From positions 9,681-62,002 of the forward strand of contig JAGQYJ010000003.1 in assembly GCA_020436145.1 (NCBI GenBank): 52,322 bases of DNA. The letters are read 5' to 3'. Shown here one piece after another: positions 31,972 through 42,086 of the stretch; the first letter of the stretch is position 1; each line of letters opens with the position of its first letter. The notes beneath the pieces are model-generated. The model was not told the DNA's origin and did no database searches. It saw nothing but the letters and a program-made list of their open reading frames with translations. The translations under genes were made by a program, and so were the position numbers. Source of the stretch: Cyclobacteriaceae bacterium. GTDB taxonomy: Bacteria; Bacteroidota; Bacteroidia; Cytophagales; Cyclobacteriaceae.

Positions 31972-34110
31972 ATGAAAAAAGGAAAACTATTACTCGCTTT
32001 TTATCTGGGGCTGCTCCATATTTCACTGGCTCAGAATATGCACCAGCAAATTCTGGCTACCATTAATGTCAAGGAATCTGCCATTTCTGTTAGCGATAAG
32101 GTAGAGGTGCCTGCTGGGCTTTTTGATGACAAAAACACTGCGTTTCTGTACCTTAACAAAAACCTGAAAATTACAAACGTTGATGGTGGTAGTATAGTGG
32201 CCGTGGAAACAGAAAAGGAGGATGCCATTTTCAAAAAATACAAGCTTACACTAAAAAAGTCGTCCAAAGGTTCATTTGCAATTTCGTACTCCGGAAGCAT
32301 CAAGGATGATATTAAAGAATCAGCGGCTGAATACGCCAGGGGCTTTAGTGAAACCAAAGGAACAATATCTGAGCAAGGTATATATCTTGCAGGATCTACC
32401 TACTGGCTTCCAAAGTTTGATAAAGATGTACTTTCCTCCTTTGATCTGGATGTAGCAATAGACAAGGAATGGCTGATCGTTTCACAAGGAGTTCGAACTA
32501 AAAATGAGATTCAGGATGGGGAGAGAAAAATAACCTATCAGTCACCTGAGCCAATGGATGAAGTGTACCTGATAGGAGCGAAATGGACGGAATACTCAAA
32601 ACAACTTGACAAGGTAGAAGTTCAGGCGTTCCTGAGGACTCCTGACGAGGAGCTGGCCAACAAATACCTGGACGTAACCAGTGGCTATCTTAAAATGTAT
32701 GAAGCATTGATTGGGCCTTACCCATATGCAAAGTTTGCACTGGTAGAGAATTTTTGGGAAACAGGATACGGTATGCCGTCTTTTACCCTCCTGGGTGAAA
32801 AAATTATTCGGTTTCCGTGGATTCTCTATTCCTCATATCCGCATGAGCTACTTCATAACTATTGGGGTAATGGCGTTTTTGTAGATTACTCACAAGGTAA
32901 CTGGTGTGAAGGAATTACGGCTTATATGGCCGACCACCTGTTACAGGAACAGCAAGGAAACGGAAGTACATATAGAAGGACAACGTTGCAAAAATTTACC
33001 GATTATGTGAATGAGGAGAACGATATGCCTATTAACAAATTCCTGAACAGGAATAATTCGGCAGAGGAGGCGATCGGTTATGGGAAAGTACTTATGGTTA
33101 ACAACATGCTGCGGAAAGATTTGGGTGATGAAACATTTCTCAAAGCATACCAGAAATTCTATAAGGACAATAAATTTTCAAAGGCCTCTTTTTCTGACAT
33201 CCGAAAAAGCTTTGAAGAAGTTTCAGGTCAGAATATGACATCATTCTTTGATCAATGGATCAATCGAAAAGGCGCTCCTTCCTTGGCAATTGAAAAGGTT
33301 GAATCTTCTAAAAATGGAAACGAATTCCAGCTTACATTCACATTGAATCAAATGCAAAAAGAAGATGTATTTGATGTAAAGATACCTGTGGCTGTTTATC
33401 TCGAAAATGCGGAAGAGGTCAGGTGGGAAAATGTTGTAATGGACAAAAGGACTCAAAACTACAGTTTTACTTATGCACAAAAACCATTAAAAGTGGCTGT
33501 TGACCCAGAGTTCAATATTATGAGAAGACTTGACAGGCTAGAGGTGCCAAGTTCGTTGTCACAGGTTTTTGGAGGTGTAAAAACAACACTAATTGTTCCA
33601 TCTTCTGGTGATCATACAACAGCGTATAAGGCATTGGCAGATACGTGGAAAGCGACACAGGAAGCTCAGGGAAAAAATGCTTTGGTGGTTATGGATTCTG
33701 AATTAGATAAGATTCCTACCGGTGAATCTGTATGGATTCTTGGTTTTGAAAACAAGTTTTATGAAAACGATTTACAGACTACATATACATCAGCCTTTGA
33801 CGATAAAACAAATGAGCTTATCAGCAACCTGATACAAAACGGGTCTCTTGTATATGCTATTCCTAATCCTGAAAATGCTGCTCAAAGCGTGGGTTTTGTA
33901 GGAGCAGCTTCTGATGAAGCCATAGCCGCACTTACCAGAAAATTACCTCACTATGGGAAATATGGTTATTTGGGATTTGAAGGAAATGAAGCCACCAATG
34001 TGCTGAAAGGGTCATTGCCAGCGCTTGGTTCCCCACTGGAAGTAACTATTAATGAAGGGATGGTCAAGGCGAAAATCGTTCCCGGGAATGCACTTTACCC
34101 TATGAATTAA
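31972..34110 (+). CDS. secreted M1-family zinc metallopeptidase (atypical exopeptidase motif)
   Basis: Signal peptide, HELLH at 32842-32856 and a downstream Glu (WCEG). The position of the GAMEN motif reads GYGMPS (32764-32781). Confidence 0.85.
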   Translation: MKKGKLLLAFYLGLLHISLAQNMHQQILATINVKESAISVSDKVEVPAGLFDDKNTAFLYLNKNLKITNVDGGSIVAVETEKEDAIFKKYKLTLKKSSKGSFAISYSGSIKDDIKESAAEYARGFSETKGTISEQGIYLAGSTYWLPKFDKDVLSSFDLDVAIDKEWLIVSQGVRTKNEIQDGERKITYQSPEPMDEVYLIGAKWTEYSKQLDKVEVQAFLRTPDEELANKYLDVTSGYLKMYEALIGPYPYAKFALVENFWETGYGMPSFTLLGEKIIRFPWILYSSYPHELLHNYWGNGVFVDYSQGNWCEGITAYMADHLLQEQQGNGSTYRRTTLQKFTDYVNEENDMPINKFLNRNNSAEEAIGYGKVLMVNNMLRKDLGDETFLKAYQKFYKDNKFSKASFSDIRKSFEEVSGQNMTSFFDQWINRKGAPSLAIEKVESSKNGNEFQLTFTLNQMQKEDVFDVKIPVAVYLENAEEVRWENVVMDKRTQNYSFTYAQKPLKVAVDPEFNIMRRLDRLEVPSSLSQVFGGVKTTLIVPSSGDHTTAYKALADTWKATQEAQGKNALVVMDSELDKIPTGESVWILGFENKFYENDLQTTYTSAFDDKTNELISNLIQNGSLVYAIPNPENAAQSVGFVGAASDEAIAALTRKLPHYGKYGYLGFEGNEATNVLKGSLPALGSPLEVTINEGMVKAKIVPGNALYPMN

Positions 34111-34121
34111 AACACTACCTT

Positions 34122-35156
34122 ATGTATAAAAAAATGGATATTATAAAACTGGCAGCAATTGCTTTAGTACTGTTGGCAGGATGTTCCGGTGTCAATCAAA
34201 AGGATGACGAAAAATCGGCAACTGCTGATATTTTAAGTGAACAAATGGAATTGCCCATCAAGCGAATTGATAATGTTACCAATGGGGCTGAATCTTATTT
34301 TTCACCAGATAGCAAATCAGTGATTTTTAATGGGAAACTGGGAGAGGATACCACGCACCAGGTATATACAATCAATATTGATGGAAGTGACCTCAAAAAG
34401 ATAAATGCAATAGGCGATGATGCCTGCTCTCATTTTACACCTGATGGTCAACATTTGATATGGACCTCTACAAAAGATAATTTGCACATGCATCGGGGAA
34501 ATTACTCTGACCCTAAAGACTATCCTCAGGGAGCGGAGCTGTACATGAGCGATTTGGACGGGAATAATATCGTCAGGCTAACCAATAATGAACAATATGA
34601 CGCTGAAGTAGGGATCAGCCCGGATGGCAAAACAATTTTATTTAGCCGCCAAACAGACGGAATGATTGACCTATGGACAATGAATGCGGATGGCACTAAC
34701 CAGAAACAGATCACTTTTACGCCTGACTGGCAGGAAGGTGGTGCCTTCATAATGCCTGACAATACAACCATTTTGTATCGTGCCTGGAAAAAATCTGAAG
34801 AAGGTCTGGACAAAAAGGACATGCATCTATTTACCATCAGCATTAATGGCGAAAACATGAAGCAACTTACTCATGAGAGCGGCACGCATTGGGCTCCATT
34901 TCCAGCTCCTGACGGAGAGCATTTTGCCTATGTTACGGTTTTCCCTCCTCATAATTACGAAATCATGCTTCGTAACCTGAAAACAGGAGAAGAACAACGG
35001 CTTACAAATAATCCTGCCTTTGACGGATTTCCTTCGTTTTCTCCGGATGGCAAATTGATATCCTTTTCTTCCAGCAGAGGTAACGAAAAAGGGGACAGGT
35101 CATTAAAGCTCTATGTAATGGATGTTTCATCTCTAAACCTGGGACCTAAGAATTAA
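34122..35156 (+). CDS. TolB-like PD40/WD40 beta-propeller lipoprotein
   Basis: Lipobox LLAGC. Repeated PD40 signatures: SPDSKSVIF, TPDGQHLIW, SPDGKTILFS, PDNTTILY, APDGEHFAY, SPDGKLISFS. Confidence 0.75.
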   Translation: MYKKMDIIKLAAIALVLLAGCSGVNQKDDEKSATADILSEQMELPIKRIDNVTNGAESYFSPDSKSVIFNGKLGEDTTHQVYTINIDGSDLKKINAIGDDACSHFTPDGQHLIWTSTKDNLHMHRGNYSDPKDYPQGAELYMSDLDGNNIVRLTNNEQYDAEVGISPDGKTILFSRQTDGMIDLWTMNADGTNQKQITFTPDWQEGGAFIMPDNTTILYRAWKKSEEGLDKKDMHLFTISINGENMKQLTHESGTHWAPFPAPDGEHFAYVTVFPPHNYEIMLRNLKTGEEQRLTNNPAFDGFPSFSPDGKLISFSSSRGNEKGDRSLKLYVMDVSSLNLGPKN

Positions 35157-36979
35157 TGTTTACTTTTTATATTAAGATGAAGAATATTTTTAGACATACT
35201 ACAGCTTTTGGTATAGGAGCACTCTTCCTATTAGGTGCATGCAAACCCGGCACAAACCCTGAGATTACAACGGACGATTTGAAGGAATCTCTGACCTATT
35301 TGGCATCAGATGAATTGGAAGGAAGACTTCCGGGAAGCAATGGGGGCAAATTAGCGGCAGAGTATGTTGCTTCCAAATTTGAACTATATGGAATTACGCC
35401 CGGAGGAGAAGATGGATACTTCCAGAATTTTGACGTGGTGACAAAAACCGAAGCCCCAGTTGAAGCAAACATTTTAAGAGCTGGAGATATAACAGGTGAA
35501 TTAGGCAAGGATTTTACACCATTGAGCTATTCGGATAATGCTACATTAACCGCAGATGTGGTATTTGCCGGATACGGGTTCGCTATTGATCAGGATAGTT
35601 TACAGTGGGATGACTATGGAGGAACGAATGTGGAGGGCAAGTGGGCGCTTGTGTTGCTAAACGATCCTGAAATAAGGGACCCCAACAGCTTATTTATTCC
35701 CTATTCCGGGGAGAAATCAAAGGTAGTAACGGCTAAGGAAAAGGGAGCGGGGGGGATCCTATTTGTGGCGGGCCCTAAGGTATCTCGTAACGACAAGCTC
35801 CTTTCTTTGGAGGTCGATCAAACAGAGTCAAATCTGGGTATTCCGGCATTCAGTATATCAAGAGAATTTGCAGACAAACTGTTGGCAAAAGGAGGAACCA
35901 CCGTAGAAAAATTAGAGGAAGGATTGGTTAGCACTATGAAACCTAATTCATTTTCAATAGATATGGAACTGGAAGGAACTTCCAATGTAGTATTCCATAA
36001 AACATCAACAGAAAATGTTATAGGAGTACTGGAGGGTTCAGATAAGGAACTGAAATCGGAGTATGTAGTTGTGGGGGCACATTTTGATCATTTGGGATGG
36101 GGTGGCACGGAAGCATCCAGGGAACCGGATACATTGGCTATTCATTATGGAGCTGATGACAACGGATCGGGCACTTCTGGTTTACTGGAAATAGCGGATA
36201 AGCTTGCCCATGCAAAGCTTAAACGCAGTGTAGTCTTAATTGCCTTTGGAGCGGAAGAAATTGGAACCATTGGCTCTAAATACTTCACAAATAACCCAAC
36301 TGTTCCTAAAGATAAAATTGTGGCCATGGTAAATTTGGATATGGTGGGGAGACTAAAGGACACGAAAGAAATAACCGTAAGCGGAGTGGGTACTTCCAAA
36401 GAAGGAGAGCAGCTTTTAAAGGATATTTTAAATGAAAAGGAAAGAGACCTTGTTTTAAGCGTTGAGTACAACGGTTTCGGGCCTTCGGACCACGCCAACT
36501 TTTATGTGGAGAATATACCTGTGTTTTTCTTTAATACAGGAGCACATGAAGATTATCATACATCCAGGGATGTAGTTGAAAAAATCAATTTTGAAGGATT
36601 GCAAAGAGTAACGGAATATGCTTATGATTTGTCTGAATACCTGGCTAATGCGCCTAACAATTTAACATTCCAGGAAGCAGGGCCGAAAGGAAAGGCCAGG
36701 AATACCAGAAAGGGAAAGGTTAAGCTTGGGATTATGCCAAATTTTGGAAAATCAGAGGAAGATGGCTTGAGGGTGGATGGCGTTACACCTAACTCAGCCG
36801 CTGACAGAGGTAATATTAAAAAGGGCGATGTGATTGTGGGCATTGCTGGTAAGGAGGTACGCAACATTTATGAGTACATGGCCAGAATGACCAACGTGAG
36901 GCCCGGACAAACTATAAATGTTGATATAATTAGAGATGGCGAAAAGAAAGTATTAATTATTCAAATAGATCAAGATTAA
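35156..36979 (+). CDS. M28-family aminopeptidase with PA domain and C-terminal PDZ domain
   Basis: M28 metal-ligand blocks GAHFDHLGWG, ADDNGSGTSGLLE, FGAEEIG, NLDMVG and HTSRD. C-terminal PDZ (..LRVDGVTPNSAADRGNIKKGDVIVGIAG..). Lipobox LLGAC. The start is ATG 35156 (TAATG overlap) or ATG 35177. Confidence 0.85.
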   Translation: MFTFYIKMKNIFRHTTAFGIGALFLLGACKPGTNPEITTDDLKESLTYLASDELEGRLPGSNGGKLAAEYVASKFELYGITPGGEDGYFQNFDVVTKTEAPVEANILRAGDITGELGKDFTPLSYSDNATLTADVVFAGYGFAIDQDSLQWDDYGGTNVEGKWALVLLNDPEIRDPNSLFIPYSGEKSKVVTAKEKGAGGILFVAGPKVSRNDKLLSLEVDQTESNLGIPAFSISREFADKLLAKGGTTVEKLEEGLVSTMKPNSFSIDMELEGTSNVVFHKTSTENVIGVLEGSDKELKSEYVVVGAHFDHLGWGGTEASREPDTLAIHYGADDNGSGTSGLLEIADKLAHAKLKRSVVLIAFGAEEIGTIGSKYFTNNPTVPKDKIVAMVNLDMVGRLKDTKEITVSGVGTSKEGEQLLKDILNEKERDLVLSVEYNGFGPSDHANFYVENIPVFFFNTGAHEDYHTSRDVVEKINFEGLQRVTEYAYDLSEYLANAPNNLTFQEAGPKGKARNTRKGKVKLGIMPNFGKSEEDGLRVDGVTPNSAADRGNIKKGDVIVGIAGKEVRNIYEYMARMTNVRPGQTINVDIIRDGEKKVLIIQIDQD

Positions 36980-36989
36980 GAAAATAAGG

Positions 36990-36997
36990 TAGTTTTG
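36990..36997 (+). promoter_or_regulatory. Bacteroidota-type -7 box (TAGTTTTG) upstream of the ChaN gene
   Basis: Exact TAnnTTTG match 22 nt before ATG 37020. Confidence 0.45.
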
Positions 36998-37019
36998 AAG
37001 TTCTAACATAATTTATAAA

Positions 37020-37898
37020 ATGAAAAAAATACAATTAACACTTACGCTTTTGACCTTGATGGTTATGGCTGGATATGCTCAGGATAAGCCTGCTTATCAA
37101 TTGTATAATCAAAAAGGAAAAGTTGCTGATTATGACAAGATGATTAAAGATCTGGCAGAGGCCGACATGGTATTTTTTGGGGAACACCATACCAACCCTA
37201 TTTCTCACTGGTTGCAGCTAGAAATGTGTAAAAGTTTTTATGAAATAAAAGGTGATAAACTGGTTTTGGGAGCCGAAATGTTTGAAAACGGGAACCAATT
37301 GGTGTTAGATGAGTATCTGGCTGACTTTTATCCGGAAGAAAAAATGCTGCCTGAGATAACTCAACTATGGGGCAATTATCAGACAGACTACAAGCCTTTG
37401 GTAGAATTTGCGAAAGAGAATAAACTTAAATTTGTTGCCTCCAACATTCCAAGAAGATATGCTTCTATGATTAACAAAAAAGGAATGGAAGCATTAAAAG
37501 AGCTGAGCCCGGAAGCGCTGGCACTGATAGGACCTGACCTTGAAAAGTATTTTGATGCAGAAGTATATGCCGACATGAAAGATATGATGGGAGGCCATGT
37601 GCCACCTACAATGTTGAATATTCAAATGGCCCAGGCGTCAAAAGATGCTACAATGGCTCATTTTTCGGTAAAAAACTTTGAAAAAGGAGATTTATATTTT
37701 CACTTTGATGGTTCATACCATTCCAACAACAAGAGAGGCATTATTTGGTGGGTTAATAAAATCAATCCTGGATTGAACATAAAATCCATTACAACAGTTA
37801 TGCAGTCACAATGGGACGAAATGACGGAGGAGGATAAGGAGATGATTGCTGAGTACATAATCGTTGTACCAGATAATATGACTCAAACAAAGCGGTAA
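37020..37898 (+). CDS. ChaN-family (haem-binding uptake, Tiki superfamily) periplasmic protein
   Basis: Signal peptide plus the ChaN block ..ADMVFFGEHHTNPISHWLQLEM... It lies immediately upstream of a TonB-dependent receptor. Confidence 0.7.
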   Translation: MKKIQLTLTLLTLMVMAGYAQDKPAYQLYNQKGKVADYDKMIKDLAEADMVFFGEHHTNPISHWLQLEMCKSFYEIKGDKLVLGAEMFENGNQLVLDEYLADFYPEEKMLPEITQLWGNYQTDYKPLVEFAKENKLKFVASNIPRRYASMINKKGMEALKELSPEALALIGPDLEKYFDAEVYADMKDMMGGHVPPTMLNIQMAQASKDATMAHFSVKNFEKGDLYFHFDGSYHSNNKRGIIWWVNKINPGLNIKSITTVMQSQWDEMTEEDKEMIAEYIIVVPDNMTQTKR

Positions 37899-37916
37899 TT
37901 CGTTAAAGTAAAAACT

Positions 37917-40127
37917 ATGAGGTTTACATTCAGCTTTATTGCCACATTAGCTACCTGCATTCTATGTTCCGGTTTGGCCAGTGCTCAAAACACGAGCATC
38001 AGGTTAATTGATAGTAATACAGAAAAAGGCATGCCTTATGCCAATGTGGTGCTCTATAAGTTGGATGGCAACTATTTTAGAGGACTTACTACGGACGGAA
38101 ATGGTCAGACAAGCTTTGACTTAACGGATCGTGTTACCTATAAAATATCGTTTATTGGGTATGAAAGCATGGAGGGCCAGATAAGTAAGGGAGAACACCT
38201 GACGCTCGAAATGATCGAACAGAGTGGCATATTGGATGCTGTGGTTGTCACAGGTCAATACGGTCCCCAAAAAGCTGACCAGTCAATTTATAAGGTTGAT
38301 GTTGTTGATAGCAAGCAAATGCAACAGAGAGGCATAAATAACTTAGCTGAGGCATTAAGCAATGAAGTCAATTTAAGAGTTAATACAAATACAGTTACCG
38401 GTACAACAATTGAAATGCAGGGAATGAGTGGTGAAAACATTAAATTTTTGATTGATGGGGTTCCGATAGTTGGTAGAGTAGATGGAAACATTGATTTATC
38501 ACAAATAAATATGGACAATGTGGATCATGTTGAGATCATACAAGGCCCGATGTCTGTAGTATATGGAACAAGTGCAATTGCGGGCGTAATAAATATTATC
38601 ACAAAAAAGAATACAACACATAAGAACTTTGGGAAAATAAATGGTTATGCAGATAATAAATACACCTATAATTTTGGAGCATATGGCTCCATGATAAGAG
38701 GTAATCATGCAATTACTGTATCAGGAAATAGGAATATGTTTCAAGGTACAGACATAAATTTAGATGAGGAGGGAAATCTGAATTCTACAGATGATAGAAG
38801 GATGGAGTTCAAACCAAAGTTAACGTACAATGCAGAATTAGAATATGCATACAGAAAGAAGGACTTCAGTGTAAGTGTTAACTCTTCATTAATGAATTCT
38901 GAGTTGCGAGACTACACTAATATTGGACAAGACTTTTATTATTTCACTCTTCGTTCTATAAACAAGATAACACTTGCAGATAAATTGACTGAGAATTTGT
39001 CGTATAATGTAGTAGGTTCTTATACATATTTTAACAGAGATGTTGAGACACTTATTCAAAGTGAAGTATTTAACACTACTTCAACAAGATTTGATAATAC
39101 AATGACTCGGGGTAATTTTACATTTGCAAAAGGAGATTCAAAAATAGCTTACCAGTTCGGGTGGGATATCAATCATGAAATTGGCAAAGGCGAACGAATT
39201 TCTGAAGATTCTGCTAAAATTACTGATTACGCAGCATTTGCAAGTGCACAGTGGAAATTACTTAAAAGCTTGTCTTTTCAACCGGGATTGCGTTTTATTT
39301 ATAATACATCCTTCGCTGCTCCTATAATTCCCTCATTAAATATTCAGTATAGGTTATTTGAAGACCTTAATGTCAGGGTATCTTATGCTAAAGGGTTTAG
39401 AGCTCCTTCTCTAAAGGAATTGTATTTAAATTTCCAAGATGTTAATCATGATATTACGGGTAACCAAGATCTACTTGCAGAAACAACAAATAGCTATAAT
39501 GCCTCTTTAAGTTATTGGATGAAAAGAGAAGTTTATTCCATTAGAATTGAACCATCTTTCTTCTTTAACGATGGAAAAGATGTGATTTCTTTAGTAACAA
39601 CTCCTGAAAAAGGACCCACTTCAGCAACCTATAGAAACCTTGATGGTCAAAGACATTTGGGGGGAAATCTTAATGTTACTTTTAAACATCAAAACGGCAT
39701 GACCTTATCTGCAGGTTATAGTTTAACCAGTGAATCTTTTGAAGATGGTGACGATTCGTGGTCGGATCCCATCAGGTATTATAATGTAACTGTAAATGCG
39801 CAATATCAATTCAAAAGCTTGGGATTGGTGACCATGGCTAATTATAAGTTATATGGGGAAACTCCTGGTTTGGTTGTAGATATAGATACAGAGGAGCTAT
39901 ATAATGTTTTTACTGAAGCGTATAGCGACTTGGAAATCACGTTTGGGAGGAAGTTCTTAAATGATAGGTTAAATGTTGTAATAGGAGGGAAAAACTTGTT
40001 TGATAACTATACCTCAAGAACCTATGGTTATCGTCCAACTACAAGTAACCCTAATGACGATCGATATAGTGCTATTAACTTAGGAAGGACTTATTTTGCC
40101 AAATTGATTTTAAGTGTGGGTAATTAA
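37917..40127 (+). CDS. TonB-dependent outer-membrane receptor with N-terminal CarboxypepD_reg-like domain
   Basis: Signal peptide, carboxypeptidase-regulatory-like domain (..IRLIDSNTEKGMPYANVVLYKLDG..TTDGNGQTSFDL..) and plug blocks (..NLAEALSNEVNLRV.., ..IKFLIDGVPIVGR.., ..VEIIQGPMSVVYGTSAIAGVINIITK..), then a long beta-barrel region. Confidence 0.88.
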   Translation: MRFTFSFIATLATCILCSGLASAQNTSIRLIDSNTEKGMPYANVVLYKLDGNYFRGLTTDGNGQTSFDLTDRVTYKISFIGYESMEGQISKGEHLTLEMIEQSGILDAVVVTGQYGPQKADQSIYKVDVVDSKQMQQRGINNLAEALSNEVNLRVNTNTVTGTTIEMQGMSGENIKFLIDGVPIVGRVDGNIDLSQINMDNVDHVEIIQGPMSVVYGTSAIAGVINIITKKNTTHKNFGKINGYADNKYTYNFGAYGSMIRGNHAITVSGNRNMFQGTDINLDEEGNLNSTDDRRMEFKPKLTYNAELEYAYRKKDFSVSVNSSLMNSELRDYTNIGQDFYYFTLRSINKITLADKLTENLSYNVVGSYTYFNRDVETLIQSEVFNTTSTRFDNTMTRGNFTFAKGDSKIAYQFGWDINHEIGKGERISEDSAKITDYAAFASAQWKLLKSLSFQPGLRFIYNTSFAAPIIPSLNIQYRLFEDLNVRVSYAKGFRAPSLKELYLNFQDVNHDITGNQDLLAETTNSYNASLSYWMKREVYSIRIEPSFFFNDGKDVISLVTTPEKGPTSATYRNLDGQRHLGGNLNVTFKHQNGMTLSAGYSLTSESFEDGDDSWSDPIRYYNVTVNAQYQFKSLGLVTMANYKLYGETPGLVVDIDTEELYNVFTEAYSDLEITFGRKFLNDRLNVVIGGKNLFDNYTSRTYGYRPTTSNPNDDRYSAINLGRTYFAKLILSVGN

Positions 40128-40137
40128 TGATAAAGCC

Positions 40138-41151
40138 ATGAAATCTCTATATAAATACACAATGATTATTTTGTTAGGTTCAGTTTTGACCTCATGCTTT
40201 AATGATGTACCAAGCCTTCCTGAAACTAATGGAATTACAAGTAACTATGATATTTATGGAAATGTGACATTTTTTAAAATTTATGAAAATATTACCATTG
40301 AGGTTTCAAATCAACCAATTGGAAGATGGGATTTAGCATTTCAGTCTGCACTTGATGGGGATATTGTTTTGGTAAATTATACTGTTTCTGCAAGAGCGGT
40401 GAAAACCGGTGAGTTTGATTTTTCAAAAGTTAATAAAAATGCTGCAGAGAATTTATTAGGCTCAAACCCATTATTAGAGTGGCCATTTGATGACCCAGCT
40501 TATTCCAACATTGTTGATTCTACAGCACTAAATAGTTGGGAAAATGGTGAGGTTTACTTGGTTTATAGAGGAGAAAGGACTGTGGCGCAAGAGGCCTATT
40601 ATAAAATTCAGTTTATTTCCAAAACAGCTGATACTTATACATTTAGATATGCCCATATAGAAAGTACAGAAGAAAAGGAATTTACAATTACAAGAAATGC
40701 AGATTTTGCCAACATATATTTTTCATTCGAACAAAATGATATTGTTACACATGAACCACCTCTTTCAGAATGGGACTACTATTTAGCTCCTTATTATGGG
40801 TGGTTTGAAACTTTAACGGCTGGAGTTTATTCTCCATATCTTCAAACTGGATCGATGATAAATAATGAAGGGGGAGTTCGTATTTCTCAAGTATTTGATG
40901 AGTCAATTTTGTATGAGGACATAAATTTAAGTATGGCAGAAGGGTTAACATTTACAGACTGGAAAGGAGCCATTGGATCAAAATGGAAATTAACACCAAA
41001 TCCAGAAAACCCTGTATATAACATGGATCCTGATAAAAAATATGTGTTAAAACTTAATGATGGGAACTATTATAAAATGAGATTCACAAATTTTTATAAC
41101 CAGATAGGAGAAAAAGGATATCCCACTATGGAGATAAAACTGCTTGAATAA
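40138..41151 (+). CDS. HmuY-like lipoprotein (tentative)
   Basis: Start trimmed to ATG 40138, which gives the lipobox signal MKSLYKYTMIILLGSVLTSC. A ..GRWDLAFQS.. block and the position next to a TonB receptor resemble HmuY-family proteins. Assigned from memory only. Confidence 0.45.
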   Translation: MKSLYKYTMIILLGSVLTSCFNDVPSLPETNGITSNYDIYGNVTFFKIYENITIEVSNQPIGRWDLAFQSALDGDIVLVNYTVSARAVKTGEFDFSKVNKNAAENLLGSNPLLEWPFDDPAYSNIVDSTALNSWENGEVYLVYRGERTVAQEAYYKIQFISKTADTYTFRYAHIESTEEKEFTITRNADFANIYFSFEQNDIVTHEPPLSEWDYYLAPYYGWFETLTAGVYSPYLQTGSMINNEGGVRISQVFDESILYEDINLSMAEGLTFTDWKGAIGSKWKLTPNPENPVYNMDPDKKYVLKLNDGNYYKMRFTNFYNQIGEKGYPTMEIKLLE

Positions 41152-41192
41152 ACAATAAACAATTGCACAGTAATCACTTAAACTCAATAATT

Positions 41193-41999
41193 ATGAAAAA
41201 AACAATTAGAGCTATTTTCGTATTAGTAGCAGCGACCCTAATATTGGCAGGGTGCAAAAAAGATGAAAAGAATCCACCGGTAGCTGGATTTACAGTAAGT
41301 AATGAAACGCTTGTTCAATGGGATAAGGCTACAATTACCAGTACCGCAACAGGTGCTGATGAGGAAACCTATGAGGTAACAGGGGGGGCATTTGAAATGG
41401 ATGAAGCCACACTAACAATTCAGTTTTTGGAGGCAGCCACGTATACCATTACACAAACTGCAACCAATGTAGATGGAACAGTTGAAGCTTCTCAGGATGT
41501 AACAGTAACTGAACCTGATAATACCTATAACATGAGTGCGTATGGTACTAGTGATTTGCCGATCAATGGTGATGCATACTGGTTTTCAGCGACTCAAATT
41601 AGGATGGATGGTGAAGGTGAAACTACTCAGGAAACAGACAATACAGTTAAAACATCAGTTGAAATGGGGCTGGACCCATTTTATGGAAGTGGAACACGTA
41701 ATTATGTATTTGATGCAGAAGGCGGATCTGGAACCTATATTGGTGAATTCACACACTATCCAGCTACAGGAGATGCCTGGGATGCAGCTTGGGGATTTGG
41801 CACCACATCGGCTGGGGATGGTTTAGAAGTAACTTTAATATATGCTCCTGAAGGTGCATCAGATGAATCTGACTACGTGTATGATATTACTATGTCTAAA
41901 ACAACCATTGATGGTTATTATGATGGAGGTTTTGGATTTCATGAAGAAACCAGTTTCCTTACTTATAAATACAGAGGAAAAATTACTCCTTTAGAATAG
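41193..41999 (+). CDS. lipoprotein with PKD-like Ig domain
   Basis: ATG 41193 gives MKKTIRAIFVLVAATLILAGC (lipobox). A PKD-like segment follows: PPVAGFTVSNETLVQWDKATITSTATGADEETYEVTGG....TYTITQTATNVDGTVEASQDVTV. Confidence 0.55.
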   Translation: MKKTIRAIFVLVAATLILAGCKKDEKNPPVAGFTVSNETLVQWDKATITSTATGADEETYEVTGGAFEMDEATLTIQFLEAATYTITQTATNVDGTVEASQDVTVTEPDNTYNMSAYGTSDLPINGDAYWFSATQIRMDGEGETTQETDNTVKTSVEMGLDPFYGSGTRNYVFDAEGGSGTYIGEFTHYPATGDAWDAAWGFGTTSAGDGLEVTLIYAPEGASDESDYVYDITMSKTTIDGYYDGGFGFHEETSFLTYKYRGKITPLE

Positions 42000-42023
42000 T
42001 ACTTACATAATATTCAAAAGTTA

Positions 42024-42069
42024 AATCCAGGAAGTATAGTTGTACCTAACTTATATTCCTGGATTTTTT
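42024..42069 (+). terminator. intrinsic terminator after the PKD lipoprotein gene
   Basis: AATCCAGGAA ... TTCCTGGATT is a 10-bp perfect stem, extendable by TATA/TATA with one bulge. It is followed by TTTTTT. Confidence 0.75.
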
Positions 42070-42086
42070 ATTAAAACCAGAAAGCA

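Noticed and set aside
36980-37019. Fur box or iron-responsive operator ahead of the ChaN/TonB receptor genes
   Set aside because: The 40-nt leader contains a -7 box but nothing resembling the GATAATGATAATCATTATC-type palindrome. Regulation may lie elsewhere.
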